Shown here piece after piece: positions 14,401-29,000 of a stretch of DNA of 64,000 bases. The notes beneath the pieces are model-generated. The model saw only the letters and a program-made list of their open reading frames with translations. It made no database searches and was not told the DNA's origin. Origin of the DNA: Tubiluchus corallicola (taxonomy: Eukaryota > Animalia > Priapulida); contig JAQGDQ010000009.1 in assembly GCA_030141605.1 (NCBI GenBank), forward strand, positions 558,001 to 622,000, in the 5' to 3' direction. A program made the translations under genes and the position numbers. The stretch's first letter is position 1. Each line of letters begins with the position of its first letter.

Positions 14401-16955
14401 TACCTGTTAGGTGTCTTGTACAGAAACTTTTCTCTTTTGTGGAAACCAGTCATGGAACTGATACAGACACAGGCTTTCGGTTTACCACTTAACAGGTTTT
14501 GGGAGGTCTTTGGCAGGCATTTGCATCATGTTGCGCATTTGGCAGGTACAAATAATTATTAACTATGGCACCATTATCATATTAAACTGTCTAATATAAA
14601 AAAATGTCTACAATTTAAAAAATAACCAATCAAAGGTTATGTAACTGCAAGTTTAAATAGATCAGTAGACTGAACAGATAGAACAGGCCAAGAAAAGTAG
14701 GTCAATGTAGAAAATTTAGAGCAAAGTTGGCCAAGTAGATGTTTACATTAATTATGTGGAAAAATTTGGTTACTTAGTACCACAGCTTTTTCGACGTCAG
14801 TGCAACTGGCGTGTTGCACCGAAGGTTTGCCTAGATAAAGTAAATATTGAAAAATCATGATTGTCTTATGCACTCGCATTGCAGTAATTTACATGTTACT
14901 ACAGACAAACAATATTAATCGGGGCAATAATTGTTGCAAAAGTCCTGAACTAGTCCTCTGTATCATAAAGAATTATTTGGTTTCTATATTCTATTTTGCT
15001 CTTGTTTGTTGCTGTGACAATGCAGCTGCCTCAGCTATATCAGTACTTAAGGCTTTTACACATACATACAAACTGGAAGTGATAATGTTATAAAAATGAA
15101 ATGAAATAATTAAGACGAAGTCACAATTAAATATTCTGAAACTGTATTTGATAAATTTTATTCGATTAATTCTCTGCTGATATCTTATTTAATTTAATAG
15201 TAAGTGTGTAGTATAGATTTAAATGCCATGCATGCACTGTGAGAAATTACTAGACTCGAATCGTTGTGACCCAAACAATAGGTGCTTTGTTGCTGTAGCT
15301 TTCATCACACTATTAACCCTTTTACCGGCAAATTTCTGCATTGAAAACTGGGCAAATAAAATATTTGAAATTATCTAATGTTACAGAATCATGTTTAAAA
15401 GTCTTTAAAGAATAGAACGGGTTTACTAATACTTATTTATATATTCTTTGACCTATACACGATTTATTTATTTCATTTGGATATAATAATTATGGTGGCA
15501 AATAAGAAAGCAGTAAATTGCAGTGAGATTGTACGAATTGTACAAGCGATACAGATTAGATTATTTTCTTATTCACCACCATAATTATTATATCCTAATG
15601 AAATAAATATGCAACACGTGGTTTCTTACGGGAAATTTGCAACCTTTGCATAACTAGTGAAGCAAAAGTGACCTAACAGGGCTGTGGGAGACATACAAAA
15701 TCTGTTAGCAAAGATTATGCAGAAAATCTATGCATGGGAATGGTGTCATTATAGCTCTATTGAGCACATGAATAAAGGGACAAAAAAGTCGAGTCACCCT
15801 GCCAGTCAATAAATGAGAAGAAAGTCACTCTGCCAGTGAAAGAGTTAAGAGACAAAGTTTAAAGCATGTGGGGTCATGAAAAAACTGTTTTTGTGTTTAT
15901 TGCCGATCTATCAAGTGTACAGCTTGATCTGGTATTGTGAAAAAAGAGACGTGTTATACTGCTTTACATCATCTTCACGATCAGCCACTGTGTGGTGCCA
16001 CCATAAGAAGTAGTTGTACTGGAGCATTGAACATCTACTTCAAACTATCTTTGCTGAGATAATACACATAGTTATTACAAAGTACTTAGGTCATTGTTAT
16101 AATAATAAATTAATTCATCTATTTTAGAAAAAGAATTGAGGTGTCAAGAAAGCAGTGATCTGAATTTAAAGCACAACTTGTTTGAAGCAGAAAATCTGCA
16201 GTCGTTTTTCCAAGAGAAATTAGACATATTAACACAGCACCACGATAAACCAGATTATTCTAATCACCGGTTTTTGCTGTGGCAAGCTATGAAAGGTTTT
16301 GCTACTCGTGTCCAGGGAAAGACGAGGGATTTATCCGTTCTTCTTCTGCAATTTGTGGAGTACGATTTTTTATCAGTTTGTCATAAATAGTATTTTATTA
16401 CCTTACTCTTTGAGCACTGGTTTGAGCACTTACTTTTCCTAGGATTTTAAGAATCCTTTTGATAGGTGGTGGCGTGAATGTGATTAACAATGACACACAT
16501 CACCAGAAATAGATGCTCATGGCTTGCATTTGTTTTAAGATTCTAACAATAGGAATTTTTAGCAAGTTCCAATTCTTTTCCAAGTATTGCCAGATGTCCC
16601 AATTAAAGTTTGTTTCGTATTTGCACAGGATGTGTTATATGTAAAATTCAGGGTCTTGGAACTTGTGTACCATCTCTTATGCAACAGCCCATTAGTTTTT
16701 CTAAAGCCCAGTTTTTTTAAATAAAGCATACTGGTTTTACTAGTACTTGCATGGATGATTGTATATAATCCTTTGCTTTTATGTTTTAGTTAGTCAGGAG
16801 CTCACTATGTAGTTAGTCATGTAAAAGCATTTTCAATATCGCCCAATGAGCAAGGTGTAGCTTGCCATGACATTTGGGAAAAGGAAGAAAGAGCAAGAGA
16901 GATAACAAAAGAGACTAAGATAGAGAGAGAAGGGGGAGAGAGAGGAGAGAGAGGG

Positions 16956-17047
<92 letters not shown>

Positions 17048-20000
17048 AGTAACAAGCCTAATCATTAGAAAGTAAATATTACATGTATATAACTGAACTT
17101 TAATCTGCTAATATTTTTTAATAATAAAATTAATTTAATTTGGAGATAAATAATACTGATTACTAAATATACTTAATTTTAAACATACACGTTTGATATT
17201 AATTCAGGAATGAGTTCCATCCAGTAGACCACACTGTTTCGCATGCTCAGGATGTTCGTTGCTCCTCAGTTACAAATGCTGATGATACAACTCTAGATTC
17301 AGATACAGAAGACGTGGCCAATGACCAACAGTGCAGTGCAAAAGACAGTAGAGCAGGAAAAGTAACCGTGCCTTTGAAAAGGAGGAAACCGTACAGACGA
17401 GCCGCGTCAAAGTCTCTTGTGGTGCACTTAGAAGCTTTTGCGGAATTTCAGGACCCTCGGTCTATGTTTCAGGAACCAAAGCTGCGGAGTTTGTATCTGG
17501 ATTTGTTAACATACAGAACATCTGCAGTTCAGAAAGCAGCATTTAAGTGCTTGCTGGCATACAAATATGATTACCTAGTGCCTTACCAGTACGTTTACTC
17601 ATTCTAAACAAATTAGTTTCTAACGGAAAATAAAAGCAAATTTATACTTTGTTAATAAAGGTATTTTTGTTGATAGTGGTACATTGCAAACCCTCCTAAC
17701 ATCATGTCCAGTAACATGCCCAGTAGAAACATTGTGTTTGTTTATTTTTCTCATTTGCTAAGTGATGGAGAAAATTTGCTGTTGACTTTTCACCTGAGTA
17801 TCTTGGTCACGGATGTAATTGATCCTGTAATAAATTAGCAATATCTGTTTATCGCCAGCATATCGATGCAAGGTCACATCATCAGCTTCACTGCTTGATT
17901 ACTTTATACTTCATATTTTATAGTTTTTATGTTATATGTTTATTCAACCTGCCTGGTTCTAATGATAAATAATCTTCTTTTTCTTCTTCTTATTATTATT
18001 ATTCCTTTTCTTACTATTATTATTATAATTATCTTTATTATTATCAATATTATCAAAGTAGTTATGTAGCCATTTAACAAATTATTTGATTTTAAGAACT
18101 GCTGATAGCTGTTGCTTTTATAGCACCTTTTGAGATTTTTAGCTTTACTGGTTTCAGTGATTTGACAGTATCCAAATACTGTTTTGTTTCAGTACTTTCT
18201 GTAGTTTGGTGAGAGTTCGTTTTTGAACGACCTTTAATTTTGCGTTTGTCGTTCATTTTTAACAGCACGTGGTGATGTTGTATGTTGACTATTTGACATC
18301 ATTTTGCTACCGGTAACATTGTATCATGAATTTTCCTTTTTTCTATAAGGATGCATATTGCATAATTCTTACTTACATGCGGTAACGTTACTTCCATTCA
18401 AAATGTTCTGGAAGACTTATGGCTTAAATGTGTGGGGTCACGTTTCGTAATGTTGATGTTACATTTTTATTTAGAGAAAATTTTGAAAGGTTGATAGATG
18501 ACAAAAGTTTCAAAAGTGAAATTGTGAACTTTTCTGTGTCAGAAGACAACCCAGTGGTCGACGCCAAACATCGCTCCGGTGTACTGCCAATACTGATGAG
18601 GTAAGTTTGCCAATTTCTTTCTTCCGTCTGTTACTGAGTTGTTCATTCTAGAAATAGTTAGTTTGTTACTTTCCAAGCAATGGAGTAATTGAGTAATTTC
18701 ACTGCAACAAATTTGTTATGCATAATCAAACCGTTAAAATTTGATGTACATGATTTATTCTAGTTTATCAGAAAGAAAACTAATTTGTTTGCAGAGTATT
18801 ATATGGAAAAATGTTGACAAAGAGTGGCAGCAAGTCGTCGAGATTAAAAAATACTAACGTACGGAGAGGGATAGTCCTGCGCTTTCTGGCATCGTGCCAA
18901 GGACAGGATCTCCAGGTTTTCATTGATTTGGTACTGAGTCCATTTCGTCGATATACATCCAGTAAGTTTTTTAGCATTGAGGCATTATGCTTGATTTAAC
19001 ATTACATTTCTTTCGGTAATATATTTGTGCAATTTCTATGTAAAAACTTGGGCAGAAGGCAGGCCTTGCAGTGTTTACTTTGATGAATTTAGTTTATTGG
19101 CAATGGGAATTGTCACACTTCTGTTGTTTAGCCTCATTAGTAAGTGGGTGGGTAACTGCCAGGAAAAATTTTGACATGCTCCTGTGCTTCTTTAAGGGTG
19201 GTTGTAAATACATCGAAACATAGCCAAGAAAAGTGTGCCAGTTCAACTTTTGTATGATTATCATTGCTAATAAAAAATCCGTGTGTACTGGCTTACATTG
19301 TACCATGCTGTATAAACAAATTTAAAACTAACGGTTTTGAACTGTATCAGAACTTGATATTCTATTGTTTCCACTAGGTGGTGTTTTGCAAAACGTCAAA
19401 TCTCTTATGGCCGACTTAGATTACACTGCTATCATACCCTTAAAACGACAAATCAGGTTTGTATTTTTCAAGTGAATTTTGATATTTTTTTGGTCATTAC
19501 ACAAATTCCATTGCAATTGCAAACTCTCCAACTTGTGGATAAAATTTTGAATGATGTTTTTTGATAATATCTTTCTAATTGATACATTTTTAGTGCTTTG
19601 AATACAATGGACGTAATGTTTAGTCGCATGGGTTCCAAGATTCACATGTATTTGCCTGAGATGCTGCAAATTACATTAGGACTGACTGCCATTTGTGTGC
19701 AGCTGTTGGAAAACCGGTCACAAGTTCATCCGGGCTTGATAAATTCACTGAAGAATATTCGTACGCTGTGTTTTAGCAGAATTTACCAGGTGTGGATTTT
19801 TTAAGAAATTAACATATATAAAGTATAAGGTGTTGTACACACTTAAGAGCTATATAGTCTTGTCTGTATAGAGCTCTTGTTCTTGCTGTAGTCAGTATTG
19901 CATATAAATACTTGTCAGAGAGAAGTAATGCATACTGGGGGAAGATTTAGTGGTGGTTAATGGGACTAGTTGTACCAGTTTTAGAGTCGCTCTATTTTTC

Positions 20001-23000
20001 TGCAAGTATTTGTTTTGCTTTTTTTTGTGTAAATGTTTTACGTCTGGTAATTACTGCAACTTTTGTAATCAAAAGAATTAGGTAAGGTGAATGTACAAAC
20101 TTATGTTGTTGAAATGATCTTAATTTTCTTTCGAATCCTTGCAAATTTGTACAGCAAGTTGACGTTTTAATGTTTTAATGTCTTCAAAACATCTAAAATA
20201 CAGAAAGTCAACCCTACTGTGGATCTCGCTAGTTCTAGGGTGGAAAACGTGGCCTTGATGCTTATCATGTAATTGAATTGTGTTTATAGAAAGATCTGAA
20301 GTGCACACCCATTTCCCAAATCACTGCCAAGCAAAATGTTTTCTTAGTGCTGGGACTTTGGGAGCATTCGTGATATAGACAAGTTTTATGCAATAATAGT
20401 TTTGGGTTGATTCATAGTGTTAACTGTCGTTTATGCTTATGCTACCTGTTTCAGTTTTTCATGACGTTTGATAAGTATCCTTTCACCAGCGGTGAGTTAG
20501 ATGCGCTGTTTGAGGCTGCAGTTTGGCCGGCACTGAAACGCTTGCCATTCGAAAGTGCATATAGTCCATCCTTGTTACTTAAGTTAATGCATTATTGGAG
20601 CTTGAATTCTAGGTATGTTGAAATTTTTAATATAATATAATATAATATAATATAATATAATATAATATAATATAATATAATATAATATAATATAATATAA
20701 TATAATATAATATAATATAATATAATATAATATAATATAATATAATATAATATAATATAATATAATATAATATAACATAACATAATATATAATATATAAT
20801 ATAATATAATATAATATAATATAATATAATATAATATAATATAATATAATATAATATAATATAATATAATATAATATAGTATTTTAATATAATATTTGTA
20901 TTTAATCTATCATGTGCTGCACTATGTTATTGTGCATTCCTGTTGACTATGTATTAATGATATGATGTTAAAATTACCTACAGCCAGTCATTGCAGATAT
21001 CAGTATGGAATAAATTCATTTTAATTGTGGACATTTGTTATCATGGGTGTTTGTAAAAAACCGATTAATCAAGGAAAAGCAGAGAATTTCTACCAGTAAA
21101 AATGTACTTCGTAAAAAAAATTAAATCTCAAATTTTGCATTAGTGTCTTTCCTTATTCATTTGAATTTTACTCGGCAAACAAAGTTTTCAGCATTATTGT
21201 AAATCTACTTTGCCCATATTTTCTAATTACCTTTCTCCTTAATAACTACCTAATAACAGCATGGCTCATTGCTGGTTACAGTTTGCATTATACTTTATCT
21301 TAACTGTACATATTTTGCAAAGATTTCACCGACTGCTTGGTAAGCATTACCCAGATGATATGTCACTCACTCCACTGCCGTATGTCTTTCAACTGTTATC
21401 TGCCAAAAATGTTACGTCCAAAGTGCAAGACATGGTCATGGACATCATTGAACATCTTCTTGCGGAAACTGATGACGACGATGATGATGATAATGTCGAG
21501 GAGGATCTACCAGAAATTGCTGTTTCACATTGCATAGAGATACCACCGAGTGAATTGCATGAAGGAGGTGAGCAAAGTTTAATCTGGTTTGTTTTGAAAT
21601 ACATCCATCAACATGGTTTGATTTGATTTTTGAACAGTTAACATTTTTAAACATGCAGAAGGTGATGTAGAGGTGTGTGAAATGCCTTTTATATTTTCAC
21701 AAGTTTTAGTATATTCCACTGTTTACTCTCTTCTGTTTTTTTTTGTTTTTTTAAGCTTTTCTGATCTCAAAGTAAACTTTAATAGACATGAATCCTGTTT
21801 TGTAGCCATTTAGAAATTTTCTAGTGCTTTTTAAACATATAAATGTTATTAGACATATTTTCAGTTTCCTAGAATATTTTCCCGAATGTTCGAATAATTT
21901 TCCCGATGGTTGAATAAAAATGGTATTAGAGTTTCAAAAAATTACAAACAGTAGTATAGGGGCAACCAATGTAAGATGTTTGTGAAATGTAAGAGCTGAA
22001 CATCTCGACGAGCTTAATTTCTTGAAATCACACAAACTTATGAAGCTGTTTTTAGAATCTCTAATTTACCGTTTGCTCCGTGTAACGAGAGCTGCCATGA
22101 TTATCAAGAATGCTAAAGGTTTACATGTTCTTGCTTAACGAAATGATTACGTTTACATGATGTTCTCTAATCTATGTGTGTGGTTGGAGGGGAGATATAT
22201 ATTACTGTCTGAATCATGGGAATAAAATAGTTGCTGTGGCAATTATATTAAATAACTAGCGGCTGAAGCTGAGTTAGTAGCTACTACATCAACTGAATCA
22301 CACAGCAAATCAGCTAGCTCGGCTGAAGTTGACTGAATTTTCAGCTGAGTTGGCTTAAAGAAAAAAATCAACTTTGAATTATTGTTAATAATGATAAGAT
22401 GTTAGTTAACTGTTAAATTATGGAGACAATTTTTTTAAATAATTTGTGTTGCTTATACACAGAAAAAAGCTGATATACAACTCAAATAATGCATTAGATA
22501 TCAATGTTTTATTATTATAAAAAAGCAAAGGATTTGTTGCAAATATAATTTAAATCCCTCTCTTGGCGAGGTGGCTTATCTTGGTTACCGGTGAATCAAT
22601 ACCGAAACACCAAAGTGATCCCATATGTGTGACTAACGTTTGTGTATTTAATTTTGAATTGACTGCTTTATCGTTCAAAAACTTCTAAAGTTTAGTATCT
22701 CTGCCAGCACACTCACAATCTGGCCGCGAATCTGCGATGCATTTGCCATATTTCAACCAGTGATTTCCTCATCGTCATAAGCCTGTTATGTCAATTGTAG
22801 ACATTGGCCCCACAAAATGCTAAAATAAAAGAAATATGCCCTCAAGGCAGGTAAACACAGCAGTAATCCAGCAAAAAAAACTGGACACTACCATGCCAGT
22901 GGCTTGTTCGTAAGCGCGAAAATGTCGGCTAGATCGACTCCTGTCACTAAAGCTGGGTTACTTATCGGCCAGGTCAACTGTAGAAATAAACCGGCTGGAG

Positions 23001-26000
23001 CTTAGTTGAAACTGAAATGCTCTGGCTTCTATAAATAACTTGTAAATGATAATTACATGTGCTTTTATCTGTATGATCTAGCTTGAAATGCACGTCTGAT
23101 GAATCTAGTCACTGTAGTGACTAGATGCTAAAATTAATTACCACCACTGTGACTGGACTCGGTTACATTAGTTATCGGTTACAATAAACTGACCTGAAAG
23201 AAACACTATTATAACTAGCTAGACAAACTTCTAACTTGTTTTGTTTTTCTGATATTATTTTAAGTCACACACTAATCCATTTGTAGGCACTGCTTATTAA
23301 AACTGCTGCTTTGGCACATTCTCATTTGCTTTAGCTATGCAATTTTTATAATATGGCACTTTACATGAGACGTATGAACCAAATTATGCTTTCTTCCATC
23401 TTTCTGTATTTCAGTAAAATATTTCCAAACTTACAGCTTTTTTTCAGCCATTGTGTATTTCACTTTGTTCACTGTTGTATAGTACTATTGAAGCAACAAG
23501 TATAGGCAGGCAGCAGCAAGTACACTTGATACAGTCGTAATATTATTATTGTTACCATTTCGACATCACTTCAGAAGTAAGATATAAGGTGAAGGGAAAC
23601 CATTTATTGCTTGTAAAAGTCAATAAACATTTAGATGGGCTAAACTGAGCTCTCTTGTTCCCAGGTGTAAACGTGATAACGCTACGTATAACCCTTTACC
23701 TGTTTTTAATGGCTCGGCAGGCAAGGGATAAATTAACTGAAATTGTAAGTATCTGAGCACGGTGTAGTATATGCAGTAGAAGGCTGATTATGTCTTTGAA
23801 CTGTTACATTCATCAGGTTGTTTTGATTTTGATAGATATGATGACTTACGGCACGTGTCTTCTTTTACCACATATTACTACGATACTTGAGTACCTTCAA
23901 ATGGTTGTCGACAAGATGGCAAAAAGTAAAGGTCGACAGAAGACGTATCCAGTGAAAGAATTGTCTATACTTAGTCGCATCAGCATGTTTACGCTTGACA
24001 AAATCCATAGTTCGCTGCTTATTAAGCTTCTGCTTCCATACCTTGCAAGAAATATTTCGCGTCCCGAGCATGTAGAAGTCGACATTATGAAAAGCATCGC
24101 AAATTTAGTAAAACTTTTGGATGATGCAAGTAATTTGCTGGCACCAGTAGTGAAGCTGTGTAGTAATCTTGTTGCTAGGGTGCCACGGATTACCATCTGC
24201 ACCATTCTTCAGGTACACATTATTTTTCAGATAAAGTTTAAACATTATCACTAATGCCTGAAAAAATAGTAGATAAGAACAAGCAAGAACAAGTTTCCTT
24301 TGTTTATTGACGATCATTGAATCATGTGTTTTTAACATCAAAATTACATTTTCAAATGTCATATTTTTTTGGTGTCCATATCACAATACATGCAATATGA
24401 AAAGAAACAGAAGTTTGCTTCGTGTAATGAGCTGTTGAGTTATGCTGGGAGGAGTAGTCAAGAGAAAGATAATTATTCAATTTTATGTGTGCATTTACTA
24501 TTTTCCATAACTTCACTTTGTTTTGTGTTGTAAAATTGCTTTTAATTGTGACGAAAGTGAGGAAGTAATCTTGTCATTATAAGTCAAGATCATTAACGAA
24601 ATTTGTAACTGATAGTGTTTCGTAGTAATTTCAAGTAACTGTAATTCGGGTACATAATTAACTCAATTTAGGTACATAAATAATTACTTAAATGGCTAAA
24701 CTGTCATTGTAGTCTTCTTTGATAGTAACCAATTACAGATTTTACAACCAAAACAATGGCTATCAATAATAGCATGTGTTTTGCTTGCATCGTGAGACTT
24801 GGGTTTCCAGAAATCAATGAATTACAGATCTTGTGTTATTTCTTATGCAGTAGTACTTGTTGATCTGTTTGACTGTTTTCTTTTCTAGACTATGGCACAA
24901 AAAGATCCTGGCTGTCAACCTATAGCTGAAATTGTTACTAAATTAAATGCGTGGGATAGAAAAAGGGTCGATGAACCAGACTACGAAACTCGCCTGAGTG
25001 CTTATGGTGAAATCAACAGTTGTATTAAGTCATTTGACGCTATGCAAATGGAATCTGTACAAGGCAGTGCTTATGTGTTAGCTGTTATACACAACTGTTG
25101 CTTTTTTATAAACAATGTAAGCAGTTTTCTGTGTCTGATCATGAAAATTAATAACAAATTAAGTTACTTAAATTTCATGTATTACAAGGTATGGGTGTTG
25201 ACCCACCTTTGAATAATGGAAAAAAATCTTTGACTTTTCTTGCATAAGAAAATAGAAAGAGTAGATGCAAGACAACGAAGTGATGAAAAAGGGGATTTAA
25301 TTTGAATGAAGAATACTTAGTGAAGAATATTTATTTTAAAGTCTGATTCCATTCACAGCACTGACGGCCATTAATCGACTGGGGATATAATTGCATGGGG
25401 GTTTTGTAGCGAGACATGTGGCACGACTCATTTATTTATTGATGTTTTTATTTCTGGAGATAAAAAATGCTGAGAATTGAAAAAGTAGATTGTGATATTG
25501 GGAAAATTAGAAAAAATATTAAGATTGTTTTACATCTACTTCTGATAACTATTAATCCTAACAGATCCATCATTTCTCTACATCCTGTATTTTTTGTTTT
25601 TTAACTAAATAAGTGCATGTCCATAGATTGATAAAAAAATTATGTGAATTGGCATTGCTTTGTGTAATGATTGATGCTGTAATTCAATTATTTTACCATT
25701 CTGTAATTTAATCATTTTAGCATTATTTCCGTTCATTCTGCACAGGATCACTAAGTTTTTTTCTTAATCAATTAGGTTATTTGTATGAAATTAGTAAGAA
25801 AATCATTGGCTTTGTGGTTTATAACGTAGTTTTAACAATGCATTTTGATCTTGTTTAGACGGACGATTTGTCAGTGCGTGACAGTTCATCACACTGTCTG
25901 CTCAATCTGATTCAAAAGCTTGCATCAGTACAAGATGCGATGACTGCGAGAAATCTGAAGATCATCCTGGAGGACAATTTAATTCTCCAGGTGAAGACCG

Positions 26001-29000
26001 GGATAAAGAATAAAAACGAGGTGATCCGCAAAGCCTTGGGTTCAAATCCTAGGCAATACAACAATCATTTTTTTTGTAATGATCTTTTCTTTCAGAAACA
26101 GTGGCATCAGAATGCACAAGATCCTCTTTAATTCTGACAGGCAAACGAAATATCATTTATTATGTGCATTGTGTAGAAACTGAGTGTTTTTTGCTTAAAT
26201 TTTGTAAAAATATTTTGTTTGAAGTGGAAATAAATATTACATTACCTTGCATTACATTAATGTTCTATTACAGGAAGAGTTTAGGTTGAAAACTTAAAGT
26301 AGATTTGCAAGCATATAATCACTTGTGTTGCTACATTGCATAGCTCAAAATTGGTCTAATGGATATGTGACACATTAGTTCAAGTTTTTGTGTCATTCTA
26401 TTTCGTTCTTTCCAGAATGTGCGTCACGAGTACATTTTGGTTTTATCTCACTTGGTCCGAAATTTTCCCAGTCATCCATTGTTTCGGGCACTTGTGGGTC
26501 TCACCGATCCTGACCCAGAAGCCGATTTCTTTGAGAATATCAAACATATACAGGTACAAAAATTTTGTACTGTTTTTCGTGTTATGCACTGTATGAAACC
26601 GTGGGTTGCAAGATTACGTAAAGCTTTTTTAACATTGTGTAGCTACCCTTGTACTAATGAGGTTGGAATTTGTATTACCGTTAAACTAGTTAGTTATAAT
26701 AAATGGGAAATAAATTATTGTGGTGCTTGTGAAATTTCGCATGTTGACTTGATCATTTTCAGGTACACAGGCGAGGTCGAGCCATGAAAAAACTACAGGG
26801 CTACCTACAGAAAAATGTGATTCCACCTTCCACGGTTATGGAATTTATCTTCCCCCTGGTGGCCGTCTTTCTATTTAACGAATCGTACATCAAGCAGCAG
26901 AACGTAATAGATGATAGTATAAACACTGTTGGTGCAATTTGCAAATTGCTTCCCTGGCAGAGTTACGAACTGATTATGAGGAGATACATGACAAAACTTA
27001 TACACAGCGGGATAGAATATCAGAAACAAGCTGTTAGGTAATCAGGTTATTGTTGTAAATAAGACCCACGGCAAAATACATACAGAAGTAAACTCGTTTA
27101 AAAGTAATCTAACAGAATTGAAAATGTACCAAAGGAATGTACTATGCTGAATTAACAGCGCGACAGGGTCCCAAAATCCATTCAAAAAGTTTTCTTGCAA
27201 GAACATTTTGACGAGAGTATTATCTGTGTTAGCCTCTCTTTTAGGCTGTTTGACACATTTTCAGCTTACGTCATCTTAAATTACTAAATACTTATCATGT
27301 TTTGTAATTTGTACCTGTAATTTTTATATTTGTAATTTGTACCAGTAATTTATAAGATTTAAAATGAGCCTGAAGTGATATAAAAGTAATTTTTGTTTTG
27401 CTGAGATTTAAATTCAGTGATCGTACTTGTGTTTCATGTCAGTAAATTTACTCTCAGATGGGAAGTATGTTAATCATAAGTAGATATCAGGTGGCACAAA
27501 AAATGTGCCAATGTTTTGATCGTGATTTTATAAAGAGGAAATTAATATGCTGAAGTTACAGCCATTTATGTATAAAACCAATTTTTTTAGTTCATTACCT
27601 TTGATTTTTCCAAAGGTACAGAAATTTTAAAACAACAAAATATAAATGTGTGTCACTATTGCCGAAACTTACAGCAACTGCTCTATGTGTTCACCATTTT
27701 CATTGCAAACTAGATGAAGATATTTCTTTCAACAGTTGACACAGCTTTTCCCTTCTTTAAAGGGTATTTGGTCCCAGAACTCAACGATTTTTACTTTTAA
27801 TTCTTCTAAGTCAACTGGCTCCTGGCAGCCATCATGCATTTCTCTGGGAATTTCAGATACCATAGTTCATAGGATTAAGCTCCATTTTTTGGCAACAAAT
27901 CTCTATCAGTGCTTTATTTTCTATGGTGAAGAGCTTGACGTAAAAAGGTTAATTTCATTATTGTTCTGCTTCCATGTATTGAATGCTTAAAAACTACATC
28001 ATGGCTGTTTTTTTCAAATCATGCTTAGGCGACATTGTACTGGCATTTAAGTTTTTAACATTCAAAAGTTTTTCAGCCATAACTTAAAAATACTAAAACT
28101 CTAAACTTATGACTTTCTCAACCAAAGGCTAATGAATGTATCACGCTGTAAAATTTCGAATTTTTATTGCATTTGCTTCCAATGTTACTTTAGTTTAAAT
28201 CCTTGCACATTTTTTACCACCGATACAAAACTGTCTATATACATTCCAAAACGTTCACTTTTTGTCTGTCTAATTAGACAATTATCTAATTGTTGTAGCT
28301 TATGTATCTCGATTCTTAATAATAGCTGTGCTTGCCGTTCCATTTGATATAGAAAATGTTCAAAAAGCTGGGGATCATAAAACAAACAGATGTGGCAATT
28401 TAATGTCGGATTTTAAAAAATAAAATTTTGAGGTGTTGTTCGTTGATTAGCAATCACTGTTTTATTTCTGCCGACAATTACAATACACTTAAGATACTTT
28501 TCAAGTGGTGCCATTACAAAGGAAAATGTCTGAAATGCAAAAAGACTTGAATGAAACTTGCCATCATCTCATCATATGTAATTTTCTATTCAAAATTCTC
28601 ATCAGATTGGCAAGCTCTATCTTTAATGTCTGTGTCAAACACATAAGATATGTTCAGTATAAATTTTAATGCCTAAGTTTTAGTAGATTTAAATGTTTTT
28701 ACCATAAATTTATTTACTACTTTGTAGTGTTAATATTTGTCATGTAAGTGTTTATGTAAACTTTTTAATGTACAAAGTAATGTGTATTCAACTGTTCATC
28801 CCAATGATCCCATGAGGAGTACCATCAACAGTACACCCCTATCTGGGACTTTGTGTCTTTTAAATTTTGTTGTTTATTGCAATAATTTTTTTAATAAACA
28901 GCTCACAATTCATGTTCACAATCTACTTTTTTTGTAGGCTTATTGTTGCTATACTGGATGGGTTTCATTTTGACTTGAGTAGTTGTCAGTCAGTTGATTA

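Noticed and set aside
16817-20783. ORFs with poly-SL and ILYYI repeats
   Set aside because: They are translations of the (GA)n and (TATAA)n microsatellites.
23096-23135. CTGATGA followed by a perfect hairpin (atctagtcac-tgta-gtgactagat), hammerhead-like
   Set aside because: The required GAAA after stem II is absent (gcta), and no stem I/III pairing or cleavage triplet could be built. The same applies to ctgatga at about 38879.
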